Assembly: GCA_014905635.1 (NCBI GenBank)
Contig: JABVCE010000002.1
Location: 1,364,001-1,428,000, forward strand
Direction of reading: 5' to 3'
Length of the DNA stretch: 64,000 nt
Source of the DNA: Scenedesmus sp. PABB004
Lineage: Eukaryota
Below the pieces are notes generated by a model. That model had not been told where the DNA came from. It searched no databases and saw nothing but the letters and a program-made list of their open reading frames with translations. Positions 48,811 to 60,550 of this stretch are shown piece after piece (position 1 is the stretch's first letter; every line of letters begins with the position of its first letter). Position numbers and translations under genes: made by a program.

Positions 48811-50718
48811 ATGCCGGAGCTGCCAGAAGTGGAGGCGGCCCGGAAGCTGGTGGCCACGCACGCCGTGGGCCGCACCATCACCGCCGTGGCGGCGCTCGAC
48901 GATGCCAGTGCGTGGCGGCGCTCGACGATGCCTGCAGCCGCGCACGAGCAGCCGCGCACGAGCTGCCGCGCAACCTCCCTGACCTTGCAGCACCCACCGC
49001 CGTGCCCCAGAAGCGCGCCGCGAGCGCCGCCGCGCCGCGCCACCTCCGCACGCCGCCGCTGCCACGTCGCTGCCACACACGCCCGCGCGCCGCCGCTGCT
49101 CCCCACGCCCCACACACACGCGCACTCACGCACACTTACACACACGTCCGCTGCGCGGCCCGCAGAGATTTTCTGCGGCGCCACGCCGTCGCAGCTCGCC
49201 GACGCGCTGACGGGCAAGCGGCTGGCCGCGGCCGGGCGCAAGGGCAAGCAGGCGTGGCTGGCGCTGGCGGGCGGCGGCGGGCTGCTCATGCACTTTGGCA
49301 TGACCGGCTTCATCGCGATCAAGGAGATGGCCAGCGGCCGGGTGCACTCGGTCGCGTACGAAAAGTGAGGATGAGTGAGCCGCGTGCGACGCTGGGCGTG
49401 CGCGCCGCGCGCCCCCGCCCCGCCCCGCTGACCCGGCGGCGCGCGTGCGCGCTGCAGCGCGCCGCAGGGCGATGGCGCCGCGTGGCCGCCGCGCTTCCAC
49501 AAGCTGCTGCTGCGCCTCGGCCCCGCCGGCGGCGGCGCCGCCGACGTGGAGCTCGCGTACTGCGACGCGCGGCGCTTCGGCAAGCTGCAGCTCGTGCAGG
49601 CGGGCGACCCCGCCGCGAGCGAGTCCGTCGCAAAGCTGGGCTTTGACCCGCTGCTCGCGATGCCGCCGCTGGAGGAGTTTCGCGCGCTGCTCGCGCGCCG
49701 CCGCAGCGCACGGCTCAAGCCGCTGCTGCTGGACCAGGTGGGCTGGCGCGGGCGGGACGAGCGGGCGGCGCGCGCATGCCTGCGCGCGACCGACTCGCTG
49801 CCGCCGCCGCCGCCGCCGCCGCCGTCGCCGCCGCCGCCGCGCCAGGCCTTCTGCGCGGGCGTGGGAAACTGGTTGGCCGACGAGGTGCTGTGGGCCGCGC
49901 GGCTGCACCCCGAGCAGCCCGTCGCGGCGCTCGGCGCCGAGCACGTCGTGGCGCTGCACGCCGCGCTGCGCGACGTGGTCGCCACCGCGGTGGCCGTCGA
50001 CGCGGGTGCGGCGCCGCGGGCCGCGCGGTCCGCGGGAGCGCGCCGGCGATGGTCGCCGCCGACGGCCGCCGCCGCCGCCGGCTCCGCCGCCGGGGCCCCC
50101 GCGCAGATTCGGCGCGCTTCCCCGCGGACTGGATGTTCCACGTGCGCTGGGGCAAGCAGGCCGGCAAGCTGGCCGGGCACGCTATCGACCACATCACCGT
50201 CGGGTCGCGCACCTCGTGCTTCGTGCCGGCGCTGCAGAAGCTCGTGGGCGGGTGCGGCGGCGGCGGAGGGGGATGCGGCCCGCGCGTGCCGCGCGCGCCA
50301 GGCGCCCCGCGACCACCCACACGCGCAGCGCCGCGCCGCGCGCAGGGGCGGGGCCGCCGCGGCGGCCAAGCCCATGGCCGCCGGCGGCCGCGGGCGCGCC
50401 AAGCCGACGGCGGCGGCCGCGGCCAGCAGCGACGACGGCGAGGCCAGCGACAGCGGCAGCGGCAGCAGCAGCGACGACGGCGAGGAGGGCAGCAGCGGCG
50501 GCGGCAGCGGCAGCGACGCTGAGGAGGTGGCTCCCGCGCCGCGCGTGAGGCGCGGCGCGCGCGGTGGCGCCGCCGCGCGCGGCGGCGGCGTTGCCAAGCG
50601 CGGGCGGGCGGGTGCCAGCGGCGGGCGCGAGGACAACGGCGGCGCTGCCAAGCGCGCGCGCGTTGCGCCCCCGCGCGATCGCGCGGCGCGGCGGCGCTGG
50701 CGGAATTGTCCTCTCTGA
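48811..50718 (+). CDS. FPG: Formamidopyrimidine-DNA glycosylase (Fpg/MutM, plant zincless type), multi-exon
   Basis: MPELPEVE, GRKGKQAW, HFGMTG, WPPRFHK, DARRFGK, LGFDPL, LKPLLLDQ, GVGNWLADEVLWAARLHP, WMFHVRW, ITVGSRTSCFVPALQK, plus an acidic/basic tail. Confidence 0.95.
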
Positions 50719-50799
50719 TGCGATTTGCGCGAAACGCCGACGCGAAAACCCGAGTCGGAGCGACCTGCCTCACTGCGACGATGCGAGGGAGTGGCGCGC
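50671..50799. repeat. 129-bp direct repeat, copy 2 (overlaps the Fpg C-terminus and supplies its stop codon)
   Basis: Identical by eye to 45414-45542. Confidence 0.92.
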
Positions 50800-52281
50800 G
50801 CCCAGGGCCGCCGCGCCGCGGTCCCCGGCGGCCGGCAGGGTGGCGTACCAGGCCAGCCCAGCGGCCTGGGCGTCGCGGTGGTGGGCCGGCCCGGTGGTGA
50901 TGCGCAGCGCGCCGCCCCGCGACTGAATCAAGCTCGCCGGCTCGAGGCGCACCCGCCGGGGCATCGAGCTGCGGGCAGGGCTGCGGGCGCGGCGTGAGAC
51001 GCGCGCGTGCAACGGCCCGCCGCCGACCACTGCCGCGCGCCTCTGCAGCAGCATCGTGCCCGCGCGGCGGCGTGCCGCGGGGGGCGCGCCGCTGGGTGCT
51101 GCTCGGTCCTGCGGGGCGCGCGGCGGGGCGCGCGGCGCGCGGCGTGGCGCGTGCGCGTGCGCGGGTGCACGGCGGCGCGGCGCCGCCGCCGCCGCGCCCC
51201 TTGCCCCAGCCGCACGGGGGCCCGCCGCACCAGTGCCTGATTACGTCTGACCCGCAGACCAGGCCGCTCTGACGGGGCGTGCGGCGAGCGGGGCGCGCGG
51301 GGAAGGCCGGTCCACGCGCACCGCTGCTGTCGCTCCTGCGGGCGCCGGCAGGCGGCGGGCGGGCGCGATCATGGCGGCATGACACCGACCATGGCGGCAC
51401 GGGGAATCTGGCAGCCGCTGGGCGCCCGGGCGGCCGCGGGGGGGAGGGCCTGCTCAAGCCCCCCTGGCCCCCCCACGCAGCCCCTGCCCGCCCGTGCCCG
51501 GGGCGCACCTCAGCGGCTTGCCAGCGGTCACCGAAGGCTCTGCAGCGGCTGGGCGGGCCGAGCCGGAGCCTTCTGCAAAAAAATCCAGCAGGGGTTCAGC
51601 GCAGACCTCGCCGATTTTTCGCTCTCTCCGCCAATAAATTCGTCGTCGCTCTGCGCTCCTCTCTCTCTCCCCCCGGCCCGCACGCCTCCCCGCCCGCTGG
51701 GCGACCCCACGCGCCCCCCAGGCGACGCGGCGAGGGCGCCCGCCTCCCGGCGGGCGCCCAGACCCGCGCCTGGACGGCGCCGGCGCTGCAAGCTCGCCCA
51801 GCCGGCCGCCAGGTGTGTGGGGGCGCCGTCCCGACGTCGGGACGGCGCGCGCGGCGCCACGCGCGGCGCGCCGCGGTGGGGGCGGCGCTTTCCCGCCCTT
51901 CGCGAAGCACCATCGACCAGGGCGCCCGCCGCGCACCGCGCCGCCCGCCGGACTCACGCCCGCCATCCCGCACGTCCGTCGGCGCGCCCCGCAGGCCGCG
52001 CCAGAGCGACGCTTCGCCCCCCCGCCTCCCCCCTGATCGGCCTGGCCTGGCCGCCCGCCGGGGCTCTCATCGCCCGACGGGGATCGACGAGAACATGTTG
52101 GGGCTGGAGGTGCGCGCCGGACGCGGGCCGCCCTGCAGCAGCGCCCGCACCGCGCTGTCCCTCACCACCCCGCCTGTCCGCGCGCCCGCAGGCCCGCCCC
52201 GCCCAAACCTTGAACACACGGTGCCCCTGAGGGAACCCACCGTTGGTGGCGCGCCCTTGCTTGCAAGGGATCAGCGCTAGC

Positions 52282-52928
52282 CAGGGTGCGCACACAAACC
52301 CAGCCGGTTCTGCCGGTTTGAGTTCTGCCAGGTTCTGCCAACGTTTTGCCAGCCGGGGGCCGGCGCACAAACCGGCAGAACTCCTAGTTTTGCCAGCGGT
52401 GACGCGGGGCATCGGCACTGGCAGTGCGCGGCGCACGGGCCACAGCACGGCCAGTAGCGGCCCCCAGACACTGTCAGCGACCTGATCAATTGCTCCAGCG
52501 GCCGTTCTGGCCGGGGCGCCGGCCCGATCAGCCATGGCGGACAGCACCGATGATGGCGCGGGCTCGGTGGAGCAGCAGCAGGCAGCTCGCGGCAAGGGCG
52601 GAAGGCCGCCCCACCCCATTCGATAGCAGCGCAGCTGCAGCGGCAGGGCAAGCGCCTGCTGCTGCCGCCCCCGGCTGCTGGTGGGGCGCCGCTGATGACC
52701 GAGCAGCAGGCCCTGCTGCTGCTGCACCAGCTTTCTTTGCCGCAGCAGCCGCCGCCGCTGCCGGAGCAGCCGCCGCCGCCGCCGCCGGACGGGCTGGAAG
52801 GGTTGGGCGGGCCGCCGCCCGCCGAGTAACGAGTTCTGCCAGTTCTGCCCCGGTTTTGCCAGTTCTGCCAGCGCCCCGGCGAGTTTCGAGTTTTGCCAGA
52901 GCCTCGGGGGGTTTGTGTGCGCACCCTG
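52282..52928. mobile_element. Non-autonomous hAT-type DNA transposon (MITE-like), 647 bp
   Basis: Perfect 20-bp TIRs CAGGGTGCGCACACAAACCC (52282-52301 and the reverse complement ending at 52928). Perfect 8-bp TSD GCGCTAGC (52274-52281, 52929-52936). Many subterminal GTT(C/T)TGCC repeats at both ends. No transposase. Confidence 0.93.
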
Positions 52929-53262
52929 GCGCTAGCGTTTGTCCGGCCGCTGGCAGGCCGTGTAACGCTGAACCCACGCCATTGCAGAACGATCGCTGGG
53001 CCGCCGGGACGCGCGGTTCGTGGCAGCAGGCCGCGAATCCTCGCTGCCAACCGAGGAGTTTGCGGGCCCTGCGTTCGCGCCGCCCCGGCGCCCGATCGCG
53101 GCGCGGCGCGGCGCTCCAGCCTTGCCCAGCCGGTGATTGATCAGACGCGGCCGCGGCTGGGCCGGCGCACCGCAGCGGCGACAACGCATCAGCGCAGTTC
53201 CCGCCATCGACTGCCGCCGCGCGCGCGGCGAGCGCAGGCGCCTTCCCGCCATCGCTCCTGCC

Positions 53263-54443
53263 ATGTCGTGCGTGATCGCGCCTCGCTGTGCCGCGGCCGT
53301 GCCGTCGCGGCGCAGCGGCAGCGCTGCGACGGCGTCGGCCGCCCGGGCGGGCGGGCTGCTGCTGGTGTCGGGCCTTGCCTCGCTCGCCGCGCTGCTCCTC
53401 GTCGCCCTGCACGACGCCAGCGCGCTCGTGGAGGCGAGCCTGGCGCGCGCGAGCGCCGGCGGCGACGCCGCGGCCGCCGCCGGCGCGGCGGCCACGTGGC
53501 ACGCGTGGCACGCCGGCGTCGCGCCGCGCCTGCCCGCCTGCGCGCGCGGCCACGGCGGCCTGCCCGCCGGCGCCGACGGCGACGCGGCGGCGCTCGCGGC
53601 GACGGGCGCGGCGCAGCAGGCGTACCTCGACGCCGTCCTGAGCCTCGGGCGCGGCCTGCTCGGCGTGCAGGGCGGCGCGCCGCGGGCCGCGCCCGGCGGC
53701 GCGCGCGCGGCGCTGTGCGTGTCGCGCCCCTTCTCGGCGGGCCTGGCGGCGCTGCTGCGCCTGCTGCGCGCGCACGGGCTGCGCCTGCCGGCCGCGGCGC
53801 TCGCCGCGCACGCGGGCGACGCGGGCCTCGCGGCGCTGCTGCTGACGCCGCACGCGCTCGCGGCCGCGCTGCTGGCGGCCGTGCTGCAGGCGCCGCGCGG
53901 CGCCGCCGCCACGCGCGCGCTCGGCGGCCGGCAGCAGGCGTGGCTGCTGGCGGCGGCCAAGCTCCTGCCGGCGGCGGCCGCGGTCCTGGGCGCGGCGGCG
54001 GGCTGGGCCGGCCTGCTGCGCATGCACCCGACCGGCAGCGGCGCGCACCTGCTGCTGCAGCACTGGAGCGGCCCGCTGCTCGCTGGCGCGCTGACGCTGC
54101 TGAGCGAGGTGCGCTGCGGCGACGCCGCCGCCGCGCGAGGCGCGCCCGTGCGCCGCGGCCGGCCGCCCGCCCGCTCCTTCAGCGCCCGCCTCGTTAACTC
54201 TTCCGCGCGCCGCCCGCAGGCCTCGCTGCCCGCTAAGCTGGCCATCGCCACCGCGCACTGGCTGCTGTCCGCGGCGGTGCTAGCGCTCGGCGCCGCCACA
54301 GGCGCCGCGGGCAGCGACGCGGCCGCGGCGGCGGGGCCGCGCGCGCCTGGCCTGGAGCTGGGCATGCAGGCACTGCAGTCGCTGGTGGCCCTGCTGCTGC
54401 TGGACGTGCTGCTCTGCCCTGTCCTTGCTGTCGCGCAGCAGCT

Positions 54444-54491
<48 letters not shown>

Positions 54492-57400
54492 GGCAGGCCC
54501 CAGCGCGGCCAACGGCAAGGCTGCCGCGCCGCGACAGGAAGCAGTGGCACAGCCGGCGGGCCCCGCGGCGGCGGCCGAGAAGCGCGGCGCTCTGCTGCTG
54601 CCGCGCGAGGCGCGCCCCAGCAGCGAGCGCCCCGGCCGCCAGGCGTCTCTGGCGCTCGCGCCCAGCCGCGTCTGCATCAGCGGCAGCAGTGTCTGCACGG
54701 GCAGCAGCAGCAGCAGCAGGAGCAGCGGCAGCTGCATCAGCGCTGGGCGCAACACGTCGGCCGAGGACAGCACCGACGTCAGCGCGGAGATGGCGGCGCA
54801 GCAGCAGCACGAGCAGCCCGGGGCGCCGGCTGACCTGGACCTGGACGCGCCTTGCCTGCGTGCCTGCGGCGGCGGGCACCGCGGCCAGCGCGACGGGGTG
54901 CGGCAGAAGCAGCGGGCGCCCGCCGTCGAGCGCGACGCGGCCGAGCGCAGGGACCAGGGCGCGGCGGGTGGCATCGTGCCAGTCGTGGCGGCGGACGAGG
55001 TCGCGGCGGACGAGGCCGCCGCTGCTGCCGCGGCGGAGCGGGGCCCCGGCCTGCTGTCCGCCGCGGCGGCCGGGCTGCCGCACGAGCAGCAGCGCGCCGT
55101 CGCCGCGGCGCCCAGGCTGCGCGCGGCGCCCGTCAGCTTTGAGGAGGCGATGGCTGCGTGCGCGCGCGGCGTGCTGCGCGGCCGGTCGCGCCCGGACGTG
55201 CCCGGCGCCGCGCTCTACACCTCGCCGCTGGCGCACCACACCCTCGCGCTCAAGGTGTCGCTCGCGCAGGCGCAGCAGAGCCAGGCGGTCGTGGCGCTGC
55301 TGACGCAGCACCTGGAGGCGGCGGTCGCCAACGCCGCCGCCGCGACGGCGGACGGCGGGCAGCCGGGCCCGCCGCTGGCGCTGCTGCCGCCCGTGGCTGT
55401 GCGGGGCTGCTTCCAGCTGCTGTTGTCGCTCGCGGCCGCGCCGGGCGCCGCCGCGCAGCTGGCGCAGCCCGTGGCGCAGCTGCTGCGCCAGCTGCTCGCG
55501 CGGCAGGGGCTGCCGCAGCCGGCACAGGGCGAGCGCACCGTCGGCAGCCCCCGCACGGCGGCGGCAGCGGCGGGGCGGAGCAGCACGTGCGAGGCTGACG
55601 CCGGCGAGCTGGGCGCCCGCTTCCTGCTGCAGCTGGACGACCAGGCGCCTGTGCTCGTGACGCGCGACCCGGGCGGCGCATGGGCGGTGGTGGAGCCGGG
55701 GGCCGCCGGGGAGCCCGCGCCCGCGTGCTCGGCCGGTTCGGCCAGCGGCGCGTGCTGGCTCGAGCCGTGCTGCCTCGCGCTGGCCCCGCCCGCCGGCGCC
55801 ACGCACGGCGCCGGCGCGGGCGGCGTGACGGTGTGCGGCCTGCCGCGCGGCGCAGGGCCGGCCGTTCGGCTGCTGCTCGTGCAGGGCGAGCGGCTGGTGG
55901 TGGACGAGCTGCACGCGCTGACGGGGCAGGGTGGCGGCGCGGCGGAGCTGCGCCTGGAGGCGTCGCCGCCGCTGCACCTGCTGCGCCCGGGCCCCGCGTC
56001 GCTGTTTGTGGTGTCGCCTGCCGCGCCGGCCACCGCGCCGGCGCGGCTGTGGGCGCGCCTGCCGCTCCTGCTGGCCGGCAGCGCCGAGGCGGCGCGCGAG
56101 CTGGGCGCCCTGTTTGGTGACATGTGCGGCGAGCTTGCCCAGCTGCTGCGGGGCGCGGGCTTTGACCTCACCGCGGCGGCCCCGGCCGGCGGGCCCCGCG
56201 GCCCCGGCGACGGCGCCGCGGGCGCCGCGCTGCGGCGCTGCGTGCACGCCGAGTGCTGGCAGCCCCTGCTGTGGGACTGGCAGCTCGCAGCGGCTGCCAC
56301 CGACGCGCGCTGCGTGGGCGGCATCGCCGGACTGGCGGCCGCGCTGCGCAGGGCGCCGGGGGCCACGGCGGCGGTGGGTGGCGCGCTGCCGCTGGACGCC
56401 GCGCGCGGCGCGGCGCTGTCGGCGCTCAAGCGGCAGCTGGCAGACGGCATTGCCCAGCTCCTCGCCGGCAGGGGCCTGTGGCAGGCAGCGCAGGAGCTCG
56501 GGCGCCACCTGCGCGCTGCGCCAGGCGCCGCCACCGGCGGCGGCAGCGGCGGCGGCGGCGGCGGCGAGCCCTTCGCGCGCGCCAGCAGCGCGCCGCCCGG
56601 CCCCCTCGTCAACGCCGGCACGCCGCCCGCCGGCGTCGGCAGCCGCCGGGCGAGCCTGCAGCTGGCCGACGCGCACGCCGCAGCGGGCCGCGCCGCGTGG
56701 GAGGCGGCCGGCGGCGGCGGGGCCCAGCTCGGCGTTCAGGGCCTGCAGGCCCACCTCACTCAGGACGCGCTGGCCCTGATGCGGCAGCCCCTGCCGGGGC
56801 ACGGCGCGAGCGGCGGCCCGCAGCCCGCGCAGCTGCAGCGCCTGCGCGACGCCGCGCTGGCGGGCAGCGCGCGGAGCAGCGCCGACAGCGCCGTCAGCGG
56901 CGGCTGGCACGCAGCGCGCGGCGAGGTGCAGCGGCAGGTCAGCGACACGAGCGTGCCCAGCCACGCGCACCTGGCGTGCGTGCCGAGCGCGAGTACCAGC
57001 AGCAACGCCAGCAGCGCGAGCTGCCCGCTCGCCACGCACAGCGGGGAGCAGCTCAGCCACGCCCTCGCGCTGGCGGCGCCCTCGCTCGAGGGCGCGGGCG
57101 GCGCGCCGCCGCGGCCCGCGCTCCAGGCGGCCGGCGCGGCGCCGCGCCAGGGCGGCGACGAGGCGGCGCGGGCGCTCGAGGCGCTTCGGCAGGAGCAGCT
57201 GCATTACACGCACTGGCGGCGCGACCCCTGGGCCCGCGGCGGCCAGGGCGCGGCGCAGCCCGGCGCCGGCGAGGCGGGGCTCGGCGGCCCGCAGCGCCGG
57301 CGCAGCTTCAGCATCATCCACACCCCGCCGTCCCACCTCGAGGACGGCGCCGCCGCCGGCGGCAGCGCGGAGGCCGGCGGCGGCGCGGACGCGTGGGCGC

Positions 57401-59338
57401 CACGGGGCGCGCGGCCGCCGCCCGGCGCCCCGGCCGCGGCGCAGGCGTCGGCGGCGGCAGGCAGCGGGCGCGCCAGCCCGGCGCAGCAGCTGCCGGAGCA
57501 GCTGGTGCTGGAGCAGCTGCTGCCGCGCCCCGACAGCCGCGCCGCGCCGGACAGCAGCGACAGCGACAGCGGGGCCGCCTTTGTCACGGCCGCGGGCGGC
57601 GCGCTGACGGCGGAGGGCCTCGCGCTCGGTGCGGCCGCGGCCTGCGGCACCGCGCCGGCCGCCGGCGCGTCGCCCAGCTGGGACGCGGTCGCGCTGGGGC
57701 GCCCCGCCGGCGCGGCGGCGGCCACGGCGCCGCCAGCGCCGCACGGCGGCGCAGCGACCACCCGCGCCCAGGGCGGCGCCCTTGCGGCGGCGTCGCCGCG
57801 CTCGCCGCCGCGCGCGCACCACCACCAGCAGCACCACTACCACCAGCACCAGCACCCCGCCATGCCAACGGTGGCCGAGGACGTGCAGCGCCCGGGCGCG
57901 CCGCCGCCGCCCGACGGCGGCGGCCACGGCGCCGACGGGCGCTGGCACGTGTTTGACACAGCAGGAGTCGAGGGCTACCACGACCACGGTGCGCCCGCTG
58001 CGCCGCGGCGTGCCGGCGCTGCGGCGCCGCAGCGCGCGGCGGCAGCGCGCGGCGGCAGCGCGGTGCGCCCGCGCCCACACGCCCCGCGCACCGGTGCGCT
58101 GCCCGCAGACGGCGCGGGCGGGCACACCGCGACGCAGCTCACCTCGGCGCTGACCTCCACCCGCCGCAACAGCGTCAGCACGACGGCCTGGTTTGCCATC
58201 CCCACCAACAGCGCCTCGCACGCGCTGCCGCCGACGCCGGGCAGCACGCTGCGCACGCCAGGGCCGGCGCCGGGCTCCGCGCGGCGCCGGCCGCACAGCA
58301 GCGGCCGCCACAGCGGCGCCGGCCACTTGTCGGCCGGCCTCACGCCCTCGGCGCTCGGGCTCGCTTCGTCCAGCAGCGCCGGCGCGCACGCGCCGCTGCC
58401 GGAGCTGCACGGCCACCACGCGACGCCGAGCCCGCACGCGGGCCACGCGCGCGCCACGCCCGCCACGCCCGGCGGCGGCCCGCGCGCGCCGCCGCTGGCG
58501 GCCGGGCCGGGCCACACGCCGCTGCCCAAGCCCGCGGGCGGCAGCAGCGCCGGCTCGACGCCCGGCAGCGGCAGCCGCGGGCAGCGGCGCCAGCTGCTCT
58601 TCTCGCCCGTCAAGCCAGCCCCTGTGCGGTCGGCAGCGGGCGGCCCCGCCGGCCCCGCCGGCCCCGCCACCGGCGCGCCCTGGGGCAGCGCGCAGGGGCT
58701 GGCGGGCGCCGGCGCGGCCGCGCCGCAGGTGGCGCTGCCGCGGGTGCCCAGCAGGGGCAGCCTGGCGCACAACAGCATCGAGAGCCTGTGCACGCCCGGC
58801 CGCGCGGGCAGCAGCGGCGGCTTTGCGCTCATGCCCACGCCGACGCGGCGGGCGCCGGGCCACGCGCGCGCCGGCCACCACGGCCGCGCGTCTGCGGGCG
58901 CCACGCCCCGCGCCGCGCCGGGGCAGCCGGGCTTCTTCGACAGCTGGGCCTCCAACCTCTCGGCGGCCGGGCCGCCGCGCGACACCGTGTCGGGCGTGCT
59001 CGAGCTGCTCAGCGGCGCGCACGTCGGCCAGCCCGGCAGCCCTCTGTACAGCGGCCGCGTCATCTCCAGCAGTGACAGCAGCTCTGGCTTTGCCGACGCC
59101 GACGACGGCCGCGGCGGCGCCGGCCTCGCGCCGCGGCGCGGCGGCGCGCACGCGGCCACCGGCGGCTACCTCACGCCGCTGCGCCCGCGCGCGCTGCAGC
59201 CCGCGCGCGGCGCGCCCGGCAGCGCCGGGGCGCCGCCGCCGCCAGGCGCCGCCGCCGCGGGCGAGCCGGCGGGCGACTCGGTGTCGGTCGCGGGGCGCTC
59301 CATCGCGGGCGCGCTCTTCTCGCCATCCAGCGCGCCAA

Positions 59339-59415
<77 letters not shown>

Positions 59416-59976
59416 GCGAGCGGCCAGCACCCGGCGGCGGCGCTCCTGGCGCGGGCCTCGCCCGCCGCCGCCGGCGGCTGCAGCGCGGATGCGGCCAGGC
59501 AGCACGGGCTGCAGCTGCGGCCGCTGCGCGTCCGCGGCGCCGACCTGCGCACGCCGGAGCACTTGCCGGGCGGCAGCCCCGAGCACACGCCGCCTGGCCA
59601 GATCATGCGCAGCAGCAGCGCCCTGTGGTCGCCGCCCGCGTCGGGAGCGAGCGCGCGCCCGCCGTCCGCGGCGCTCGGCGCCTGGGCCAGCGCGCCGGCG
59701 GCGGGCGCGGCCGCCGTCGAGCTGTGCTCGCCGGGCGCTGGGGGCTGCCTCTCCGGGCCCGCGCTGGGCGCCGCCGGCGCGCGCGCGCACGCGGCGCCGT
59801 GCGAGGCGGGGCCGTGCGACGGCGCGCTGCCCGCGCCGCCGCCGGCGCCGCTGCGGCCGGTGCCGTCCGTCATGCTGGTGCCGGCCTGCGAGACGATGCC
59901 CGGCCTGGTGTCCGAGGACGACGACGACGGCGACGACGACGACGGCGCGCTGCTGGCAGCAGCGCTGAGCGAGTGA
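53263..59976 (+). CDS. Very large (about 2,100 aa) low-complexity protein with N-terminal hydrophobic/TM segments and a central conserved-looking domain
   Basis: A 6.7-kb open frame with coding-like codons and probable in-frame introns (about 54109-54220 and 57989-58109). The central LYTSPLAHHTLALKVS...VAVRGCFQLLL...CWLEPCCL is reminiscent of the SPL C-terminal-like domain common in chlorophyte proteins (tentative). Confidence 0.6.
59341..59412. repeat. (GGC)24 run encoding poly-Gly
   Basis: Perfect trinucleotide run seen directly. Confidence 0.9.
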
Positions 59977-60550
59977 GCCGCCCCGCAGTGCGCGAGTGGG
60001 GCGCTGGGCCGCCCGCCGCGGCGCTCGTAGCTGCTGCCGGTGCTGGGGATCGCGTGTGGGGGGCCGGCGTGCGCTCTAGAGCGTCTAGCTAGGCCGACTT
60101 GGGTAGGATAGGGTGCAGCATCGGGCCCTTTTCGGGCCCAGCCGCCCCCTCGGCGGGGCCCACCACCCCGCCCCTCTCTCTTGCACATCGCCTGCTTTCA
60201 TCGTTCGCGCCGTCCCGGCGCGCCGCCTGCGCGAGCACACGTGTGCGCGCGCATGCGCCCCGCCTCCCCTGCCTGCCTGCCTCGCCTCTCATTGCCTCTC
60301 CTCACCCTCCGGCCCCACCCCCGGGCGGTTGCACCGGGGACAATCCTCGCGTTGTGGCTGCGTGCTCAGGCGTGCTCCCGGCGGGCGTGCATGCACCGGC
60401 GCGCAGGTTACACGCGCCCCGCCGCGCTCGAGCTCGGCGCCGTCAGTGTGTTCAGTCCCGCGCCCGCCCGCCCGCCCGGCCGCCCACCCCGCCGCGCCGC
60501 GCCGCCAGGCTGCTGCTCCCCGCCCGCCGCGCGGCCGCCCGCCGCGCCGC

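Noticed and set aside
52300..52900. CRISPR-like array from recurring GTTCTGCC motifs
   Set aside because: The motifs are 8-9 nt with irregular spacing and lie inside TIRs. They are transposon subterminal repeats, and no cas genes are present.
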